A stretch of 64,000 bases of DNA from Eledone cirrhosa (taxonomy: Eukaryota): assembly GCA_964016885.1 (NCBI GenBank), contig OZ024742.1, positions 215,698,001 to 215,762,000 of the forward strand, read 5' to 3'. The notes under the pieces were generated by a model. The model searched no databases and had not been told where the DNA came from. It was given only the letters and a program-made list of their open reading frames with translations. The position numbers were made by a program, and so were the translations under genes. Below are positions 54,681 to 64,000 of this stretch, in pieces (positions within the stretch are counted from its first letter, which is position 1; the number at the start of each line of letters is the position of its first letter).

Positions 54681-56911
54681 CAAAATTAATGAAGTTGCAT
54701 TCGCTGATTTCTGGCAATTAAACCTCAAATTTAAAGCGGAGAAACGGAAATCAGAGTAGGTATATAAAGTTGCCCTTTATTATTGAAACCACATCGTCTC
54801 CACATAATTTCTTCCTCCCTTCGTTGAAACGTGTCAGGAAAAAACAATAGTTTTCTAAAGGACAACCTGACACAGCAGAAAGTTAGCATCTATCTATAAA
54901 TAATGCCGAGGCTTTGAAATTCCTTATAGCGATTCGGTTTAAAGTAAAGTCACAGTTTACTGTCGTAGCATTTCTTAAATCATGTCTCTAGGCTGTTACG
55001 CTGGCACCAAGCGCCAGTTGTGGAGGAAATCTTGGCCATATATTACTACACCTACTGAACATCATAACCTCCCCACCATCCTACCTTGTCATCTCTATTG
55101 GCACACGATATATCGATTCAGTCTGAGTTTGGGTCGTGCAAATAATATGGAGAGGGTCTAAGTTATGTTCAAAAAGGTATAGACAAAATTCTTACGGGCA
55201 TTGCTAAATCCCACACTGGAAGAAAGCATGTAGTTATCAATCTGCTCGTAAATAAATACAAGGTGCTGTCTTATCACCCAAAGCACCAACGATATTTGTT
55301 TACAGAGGGAATGAGTAACGACATTTAGGAAGAGCACTAGATGGACGTTAATATTTCATGCTGGAATCTGTGTACAGATTTCAATGTCGACTTGAAAATC
55401 CGACTGCACGAAAAATGAGGCCATATAAATAAAGCCATTACCTTTGATTCCAGAGAGTGATAAGCACCGTGACGAGGTTGAAGCTGGTTTATTCTGTTCC
55501 GAGTAGGGAAATGTAAACGATGAGTACAAGGAATCTGATATTGGGTTTGTTTACGAAAGAGAAAGAAACCTCTAAATGAAAGTCGTATTGATGAATACAA
55601 ATTAACTATGTATCTATTTCCAGCAATAATCAATGTTCAGCAAACTTCCCAAATCAGAGAAATTTAGATTAATAGTGGTTTTAAGTGACATGGATAGAAC
55701 GAATGAGCAATTTCCAACATATATGTGAAGAATATGGAGAATATACTCCCAACACACATATAGATGCATTCTAGCACTAGCATACTCATTCATAAGCTAA
55801 AACGTCAAGGAACCTTCGAATTCTTTAACGATTCAAACACAATGGATCACGCAAATATCCTTTCCTTTAGTGTTTTGAAGCCATGATGGTGGCCGCTCAC
55901 AAATGAATTCTAAATTAAGAGAAAGAATCAGATATACAGCATTATTGCTCAAAGGATGTTCTCTAAATTTCAATGTGGGAGGGTTCGTTCCGATTTGGAG
56001 TCTTACACTTTCTCTATTGGTGAAAAGCATTTAAAATATAATGGTATACATACATATAGATAGGCAAGCCAATATTAGGTGAGATGTTATTGAATTGAAA
56101 GCAAGGTAAAATGAACGAAAATAATAACAATGACAAACTTTCATATTTTCTCTTCGATTTTTTTTCTGCTATATATTTATTTTCAATGCAAACGCACAAA
56201 ACTACATTAAATATCCCTTCAGAATGATATAAAAAAAGAACGAAAGTTAGCGTACAATTTGCAGTGAAGTTCACAATATATTCTAATCAGTAGGGTAGCT
56301 GAATGTTGTAAAGCTACACTATATTTTTTCGATATTTTTGTTTTTTTTTTGTTTATCTCATTGGTTGCACGTTATATTTTTGCATTTGCTTCTTTAATTT
56401 TATCTATTCTGTTTTCCCCTCGTTAGGATCCCCGCTACAAAAGTGTATGTACACGTAGATTTTATTCGTATTGAACTTACATTTGTGTATTATAATCAAA
56501 AGGAAGGTCAGTCACTGGTAGTAGTAGAGACGGAAACAATCCTACGCACTCACTCACACACACCTACGCAAAATATACACATACGATTCGCATGAGAATG
56601 AGGTAGTAATGTATTCATAAATATATAGATATATATATGGTGACCTCCACTAATAACGTTAAGATTTGGAGCATATTTCATCAGCAGGCATATATTCATG
56701 CACTGTGATATATAGAGATAAACCTTCAAATAACTGCATAGGTAACATAGCGTAACACACATAACTCTCTATGTATGCGTGCACATACACAATAATCATT
56801 CAATATGTGCATTCGTTTGCGTATATGTGTGTTTGTGTATGTGTATGTGTGTGTGTTTGTGTAAATATATAAGTGTGTGTGTGTGAGTGTGTGTGTATAT
56901 ATGTAAATATA

Positions 56912-56984
<73 letters not shown>

Positions 56985-57405
56985 TTGTTCCTCATACACC
57001 ATGTTTTTAGGGTGAGAAAGCTATCGTCACGATATAAGCGGCACCATTTGTTAGAAAATTATCTCTCAATTGGGATCGGATGAATAATCATCTATCCAAT
57101 TCTAGCACGCCTGCTCCTGTCGAAAATGAAGTCTGGAGGTTACTAAACCTAGAAAAATGTATTAAACCTGAAATCAGATTGGCAAGCGTGTAAAACGATT
57201 TTGAGAAATAAATTCGCAATCCTGGTTACGTTTGTAGCGAAATCCGTGGTTTTCTATTAGTGGCAGAGTTATGGAACCACAATAAATATCAATATATATA
57301 TAAGGAAAAAAGATGAAATCGAAAATGCAGCTGGAGTCTTTTTAAAAAAATATATATCTTTATTTGGTTCCTTTACCGGTTTTGCAGTTCTTCTGCATTT
57401 CAAAA

Positions 57406-59500
57406 CTCAGCCCAACAAATTAAAATTCTCTCCAAAGGACTGAAATTCACATCAACACCACAAAACTCTAACCTCAATGAGATAAATGACGATATCTCAC
57501 ATTTCTGTAGAAAATTACGTCTCACAGAGGAATTTTTTGACAAGGAGAATAACGACCATTCAATTGTACGGAAGAAAAGCAGCTACAACCCAACAAAAGG
57601 TAGAAACAGAGTGCAACCTAAACCCAAACCCATCACGAGTCGAAGGGAATGGGAGATTATCCATGAACTAAAAAACAATACAGACATTATAATTAAGGAA
57701 GCGGAGAAGAGAAGTACTGTCGTCATTATGGATGCTGAACAATATAAAAATTCTATGTTCTCTCTATTACAAAATACTAACTACTATGAAAGAGTAAAAA
57801 AACTACCAGCAATCAAAAACGAGGACCGGATTAAACACATTCATTTATCGAGAGTTGGAAGACTTAACTAAAAAGGAACGCGATTATTTAACACATTTTC
57901 AATACAAAACCAGCAACCTTTACGGACTTCCGAAGATCCACAAGTGTAAAATAATTAACGATGCCTGTAAACAATCCACCTCAACCTGCGTGAACATACA
58001 ATACCCAACATACCTTAAAGTAAGACCAATTCTAGCGGGCCCACAATGTGAAACTCACAGACTAAGCAACTTTATAGACATACTACTAAAACCAATTCTC
58101 ACACACATAACAAGCCTTGTAAGAGACGATCTGGACCTCTTAAACCACATCCCCAAACATGTCAACAACGACACTATTATTGTGTCTCTCGATGTAGTGA
58201 ATCTCTACACAACTATCCCCGGACTAGAAGCAATAGGATTCTGGCTAGAGAAATATCCCAATGAGATACCTGACAGAATAGAAAAAAGCTTCATCACCGT
58301 GGGATTAAAATTTATTTTACCGAACAACTTTTTTGATTTCGATGGGAATACTTACAAGCAAATATCGGGACTTCGATGGGTACAAAAGCCGCTCCAACTT
58401 ATGCCAACTTAGTCATGGCATACTTGGAAGTCCAGATATATGAACAGTCCAAATCAAAATACGGATTGAACTGCCACAAATATTTATCAGAGAATTGGAA
58501 CCCTATGTGGATGACTGCCTCATTCTTTGGTCTCACACACTCGACCAACTAAATGATTTCAAAAAAGTAATTAACGGCATCAATAACCACATCCAATATA
58601 CAATGGAATACAGGCAAGATCAACTCCCATTTCTCGACATCTTAATCTCGAAAAAAGACACAAATATTGAAAATGACATAAACTACAAACCAACAGATTC
58701 CAAACAATACCGGCTATTCACCTCCAACCATCCAACGCACACGAAGACGAACACCCCTTTTAAGATAGCAAGAAGAATTTGCACAATTGTCTCCAATTAT
58801 GAAACGCGAAATAAAAGACTTCAAGAATTAAAGGAAATTTTACTCGAAAGACAGTACCCACCATTACTAATACATAATGGAATAGAAAGGGCTAAAGCAA
58901 TAGGCATTGGTGAATTACGAAAACAGAAACAAATTCAAGGTACGTCCAATATTATATCATATATCTCAACACACAACCCAAGAAGTGCGGAAGCTTACAA
59001 ACTATTCACAAGAACATCCCACTATTGAAACAAGATCCAAGAATGAAAAAAGCCCTTGAAACACACAAAATAATCAAAAGCAAAAGACAACCGAAATCAC
59101 TAAAAACGTTACTCATCAATGCCAAATTACCTACCACAAAGCCACAACCAACTGTCAAAAAATGTGGTCGCTCTAATTGTGGAACCTGCACTCACCTCAT
59201 TGAAGGCAAGGCGTATACATTTCAATCAGGACAAAATTTGACTGTAAAAAAATCACTTCACTTGCTCATCAAAAAATCTAATTTATGCCATTAAATGTAA
59301 AGGATGCAATGAAGATTATATAGGACAATCTAAACTCACCCTCAGAAACAGAATGACAGTTCATCGCCAACAATTACGAGATCCAACCACGAGACAGATA
59401 CCACTAAGTGCAGATCTAGACATATGCGGAAGTAATCAGACACCCAAATTCCAACTCTTCCCATTTTATCTTTGCGCTGACAATACAACAGAACTAAATA
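57406..59500 (+). pseudogene. PLE polyprotein: reverse transcriptase + Cys linker + GIY-YIG, frameshifted
   Basis: LSKGLKF, YGLPKIHK, VRPILAG, SLDVVNLYT, YKQISG..MG..APTYANL, YVDD, LPFLDI, SNHP..ARRIC, CGRSNCGTC, NLIYAIKCKGC..YIGQS..RNRMTVH. Confidence 0.92.
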
Positions 59501-60009
59501 AATCTTAACATGCGTTAATACTCTAACACCTTAACATGTTAACCACACACCCACACACACATAACTCCTCCCCCACACACAAGCACACAAATAAACATAC
59601 ATATCTCTACTTTCTTTATTTCAATAGAAAGTCTGAATTCTGACACTCCAGAGCACCAGCCATATTCACTGAACCAGAAGAATTCTCCCCATCCCATTTT
59701 TCTTGACCATTATCTTTCGTTTGGCACACAATCCTCTAAAAGGCTACAAAATAGATTCCCAAATACGGGCGCGAAATTCAATGTACTTGGGAGATGGAGG
59801 GTTGTGGTTTTCCTCACATCTGGTTGGTCTTTGAATGTTATATCTGTTTTATATGTTTGATAGACATAATTTCATTTATAACCAATCAATTACATTTCAG
59901 CACATCAGCCATACTCAGAACAACTCTCTCCACCCCTTTTTCTTGACCATTATCTTTATTTCGTCACAAAATTCTCTAAATGGCTATTAAAAAAAATTCC
60001 ATCTCAATT

Positions 60010-60052
60010 CTACTTTTGAAAAGCAGGAGAACTGCGAAACCGGTAAAGGAAC
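60010..60052 (+). ncRNA. Degenerate minimal hammerhead
   Basis: Core decayed to TTGAAAA, stem II GCAG/CTGC, GAAA-CCGG-TA (palindrome ACCGGT), then AAGGAA. Confidence 0.55.
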
Positions 60053-60197
60053 TAAATAAATATATACTTAAAAATAAAAAAGACTCCAGTTGCATTTCGA
60101 TTTCATCTTTTTTCCTTATACTTTCACTCGTGTAGGACACCTCGGTTATTTTTCATTTTGTAAAAAAACCCTCACTTTCTAATATATATTTATATAT

Positions 60198-60742
60198 ATT
60201 GTTTTGCAAGGTTTTTGATATGAAGTTGTGTGTCGAAACAAATATTGTTATACTTGGGGAGGGTCATATTGTTATAATATTGCCATAAATAATAACAGAA
60301 CACACTCACTGCTTGGTTGGTTTTCGCTTCTGTATATTTTATATCTCTATAGTTAATTTATTTGGCAATCAATGTTTATCATTGATTGACCAGTGGTTAA
60401 AAATACAGATATAAATATATATATATAGTCTAACAAAGTTCTTTCGTTGCACATCTGCGACATCATTAGTGGTACTATTATGTTTCCTCCCATTGTACTG
60501 TAAAGTCTACCCATTTCGCAAATGTGCGACGAAAGAATATTGATAGACTATATATATATATATTCATATCTGTATTTTTAACCGTTGGTCAATCAATGAT
60601 AAATATCGATTGCCAAATAAATTAACTATGGAGATATAAAATATACAGAAGCGAAAACCAACCCAAACCAAACAGTGAGTGTGTTCTGTTATTATTTCTG
60701 GCAATATTATAACAATATGACCCTCCCCAAGTATAACAATAT
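60198..60742 (-). mobile_element. PLE fold-back without coding sequence
   Basis: Tail 60198-60240, arms 60241-60460 and 60516-60742; minus-strand hammerhead relic at 60427-60476 (CTAATGA-T-GTCGCA..TGCAAC-GAAA-GAAC-TT). Confidence 0.8.
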
Positions 60743-60767
60743 ATATATATATATACATATATATAGT

Positions 60768-62362
60768 AATAATAATAAAATTGAAGACTAAAATCCAAAG
60801 AGGGCTCGATAAGGAAAATATATATCAAATATATAAGAACCGTAGAGCAAATATTTATTAAAATAACAGATTAAAGTTTAAGCAAAGAATCGCTGCTTTC
60901 ACCCTTAACGGGATCTTCTGAAACTAACAAAGTCAATCTGTAAACGCAGAACTGGATATTTCAAAAAACGTTGCAACCGGAGGAAGACAGGAAGGCGATA
61001 CTTTGGTTCGTGGTAACGTTCGCTGGCAAAGAACGGGGAAAAAACGAATAATACGTCATTAATAGGAGCGGTGAAAAACAATTACGCGCAAAGACAAAAC
61101 CACGTTTATGGTATAAAAGAGGTCGTAGACTAATGTTCTCTTAGGTGGTGCATAGAGACGTTCTCTGGCAATGAACGATAAAACGAAGATAATAAGTCAT
61201 ATGTGGAGCGTGGAGAACAATAGCACGCAAAGACAAAACCACGTAAATGGTATAGCAGAAATAGTAGACTAAAATTCTAACTAGGAGACCAAATGAATCT
61301 CCGTTACAGTGTTAAGAACAAAGTAAATAAATACAATACAGAAGTAATAGAAACAAATAAATACATACACGCAAACAGATACGTACATACACAAGCATAC
61401 GCAAAACCTTACCATGGGTATACAAAACCACGCACATATAAATATGTGTGTGTGTGTATGCTTGTGTACAAATAAATAAATAATTATATAAACGTATATA
61501 AGTAAATAAATACGTATATAACAAGCGCACACGCATACCTACATATAAATACACGAATGTTCGGAGACGTAAGTCAACTAAGACAAGAAGTACACATATA
61601 CACACACCCACCATACGTACGAACCTGCACACTCACGCGGACGCAAAACTCCCGTATACACATAGCCAAACCCTAAATACCAGAATATGTAAAAATTATA
61701 CGCTATAACAGTCAAATATACGTACGAGAAGGTATACATACCTTCACAAAACATACGGGTAATATATACTTACCTATGCAAATAAGTAAAGGAATAAACA
61801 AAACATATACTTAGCTCCCACATCAAGACGTATGTTATCCACGTATAGATCGTGCTATCCGTTAGGGTATAACATGGGGCTGTAATACAGGAAAGTTTTG
61901 TGCAATTTATGTTTACAAGCCGAAATTGCCTCAGATTTTTTGTTTAAGATGTGGTCTGTAGCGTAGAGTATTTCCAGGGCCTCAGCGACGCAGAGGTCAC
62001 ATGGTCTTTTATTTCCGTTATACGATCTAGCCCTAGCTAGGATCTCCCAGTGTAACTTATATTGGGTGTGGTTGTCTTTTAGACTCCAGATATAAGCTGA
62101 AAGTGACGTCATATTCCTTCTTGGTTTGCGCGTAATTGTTTTTCACCGCTCCTATTAATGACGTATTATTCGTTTTTTCCCCGTTCTTTGCCAGCGAACG
62201 TTACCACGAACCAAAGTATTGTCTTCCTGTCTTCCTCCGGTTGCAACGTTTTTTGAAATATCCAGTTCTGCGTTTACAGATTGACTTTGTTAGTTTCAGA
62301 AGATCCCGTTAAGGGTGAAAGCAGCGATTCTTTGCTTAAACTTTAATCTGTTATTTTAATAA

Positions 62363-62366
<4 letters not shown>
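60768..62366 (-). mobile_element. PLE 3' fragment with ~240-bp inverted pLTR
   Basis: Arms 60851-61092 and 62125-62366 differ at about 2 positions; tail 60768-60850; degenerate hammerhead CAGAAGA-T-CCC..GGG-T-GAAA near 62297-62320; TA-bounded. Confidence 0.9.
61855..62112 (-). pseudogene. PLE GIY-YIG C-terminal fragment
   Basis: TSLSAYIWSLKD..LHWEILARARSY..CDLCVAEALEI..LNKKSE..CKHK. Confidence 0.85.
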
Positions 62367-62432
<66 letters not shown>

Positions 62433-62796
62433 ATACTTTGGGAGGGTCATGTTGCCAATAAGAAACACACGCACCAGTAGCTTCACTTCAATTTATTATA
62501 TATTTATAAATTTATAAATTTACAAATCTACAAACTTATAAATGTCTGGTTGCTTGGTTGGTTCTACAACCAGATAGTTGTTTATATATAGTCATAGTCC
62601 TTTCGTCACACACTCTGTGACCTCTTCAGTGACTGGGGATTCCTTTCTTCGTTTCTGTGCCTTTCCTTTCTTCTATCCTACGCCATTTTGTTTCTGTGTG
62701 TGTGTTGTGTGCTCAGTTTGCGCATGCGCCACATCCGGGTGTCTGTGTGTGTTTGTGTTCATTTATCTATTTGTTTATTTATTTATTTATTTATTT

Positions 62797-63284
62797 AGAA
62801 GGGCCCTAAATAAACATAATCTCAATATTAAGATAGTAGAAAGACCTGGTACCTCCGTAAAAACACTTATTAGCAAGACATACCCGTTCCAAAACCCTCA
62901 TGTATAGATAAGAAATGTATAACCTGTAAAATAAGCCCCCATATTAACTGTAAAACTAGAAATGTAGTGTATAGCATAAGATGTACTGAAGGACAATGTA
63001 GAAACAAAAATATAGTGTACATAGGTGAGACAGCTCGTAGTATAGGGGAACGAATAAATGAACACTGGCGAGACCTCCAAGATAATAAAGAATCATGTGT
63101 GCTCTACCAACATGCTAAGATAGAACACAGGGGTAGATTAGAGAGCATAGAAATAAAAATAGAATCCACACACAGAAAAGACTCAATGTTTAGGCAAATT
63201 ACAGAGGCAGTAAGCATAAAAGAATTAAAACCAAAATTAAATAGAAAATATGAGTGGAACAGCAACATCACAACTTACAATTAA
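62797..63284 (+). pseudogene. PLE linker + GIY-YIG endonuclease fragment (one frameshift)
   Basis: IVERPG..YPF / CIDKKCITC..CKTRNVVYSIRC..YIGETARSIGERINEH..RQITEAVSI..LNRKYEW. Confidence 0.88.
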
Positions 63285-63580
63285 AGACAAAATGAAAACA
63301 CACACACACATAGAACAAACAACTTACAATTAAGGACAAAATGAAAACACACACAAAATGAAAACACACACAGGACAAAATGAAAACACACACACACATA
63401 GAACAAACAACCAACCAACAATAATTAAATAAATAAATAAACAAATAGATAAATGAACACAAACACACACAGACACCCGGATGTGGCGCATGCGCAAACT
63501 GAGCACACAACACACACACAGAAACAAAATGGCGTAGGATAGAAGAAAGGAAAGGCACAGAAACGAAGAAAGGAATCCCC

Positions 63581-63625
63581 AGTCACTGAAGAGGTCACAG
63601 AGTGTGTGACGAAAGGACTATGACT
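63581..63625 (+). ncRNA. Minimal type-I hammerhead ribozyme (antisense twin at 62590-62634)
   Basis: AGTCA-CTGAAGA-G-GTCAC..GTGAC-GAAA-GGAC-TA-TGACT; perfect stems I and II, CUA site. Confidence 0.82.
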
Positions 63626-63844
63626 ATATATAAACAACTATCTGGTTGTAGAACCAACCAACCAACCAGAAATTTATAAGTTTGTAGATTTGTAAATTTA
63701 TAAATTTATAAATATATAATAAATTGAAGTGAAGCAACTGGTGCGTGTGTTTCTTATTGGCAACATGACCCTCCCAAAGTATAACAATATCGGTTTCAAC
63801 ACACGATTTCAGATAAAGAATCTTGCTAAACAAATTCAGAAACG

Positions 63845-63923
<79 letters not shown>

Positions 63924-64000
63924 AGTGCATGTGTGTGTGTTTTGTGTTTGTGTATTGTGTATATGTATATGTACTTTGACATTACATATCATTTACATGT

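Larger units (their letters stand above)
57299..60180 (+). mobile_element. Penelope-like element (Neptune-like), 5'-truncated, with inverted pLTR
   Basis: Inverted arms 57299-57405 and 60014-60120 plus a 60-nt tail; RT and GIY-YIG relics between; ~100-bp direct repeat in the 3' UTR (~59657 and ~59906). Confidence 0.92.
62425..63846 (+). mobile_element. PLE 3' fragment with ~365-bp inverted pLTR
   Basis: Arms 62425-62789 and 63426-63790 with about 3 mismatches; tail 63791-63846; short tandem repeats (acaaaatgaaaacacac) in the 3' UTR; (TA)n on both sides. Confidence 0.92.

Overview
This is AT-rich, microsatellite-dense eukaryotic DNA with no recognisable host gene; the repeat content suggests a cephalopod (octopus-like) genome, which is an inference. 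It contains a ~5 kb GTT/GGT minisatellite whose minus strand reads like a mucin PTS domain, a decayed Tx1/L1-clade LINE plus a second 3' fragment, about 14 copies or fragments of one tRNA-derived SINE, and RTE and probable R4/Dong LINE relics. Most notable are at least 9 Penelope-like element (PLE) insertions in (TA)n tracts built as fold-backs: an inverted copy of the element's own 3' pLTR caps the 5' end. Their arms carry full or partial minimal type-I hammerhead ribozyme folds with palindromic stem/loop III, and in several the inversion point falls inside the hammerhead. Second, the SINE and the Tx1 LINE share a 3' terminus and an ATTA(TT) target, and have piled up serially at one site. All calls come from reading the sequence by eye; no database searches were run.
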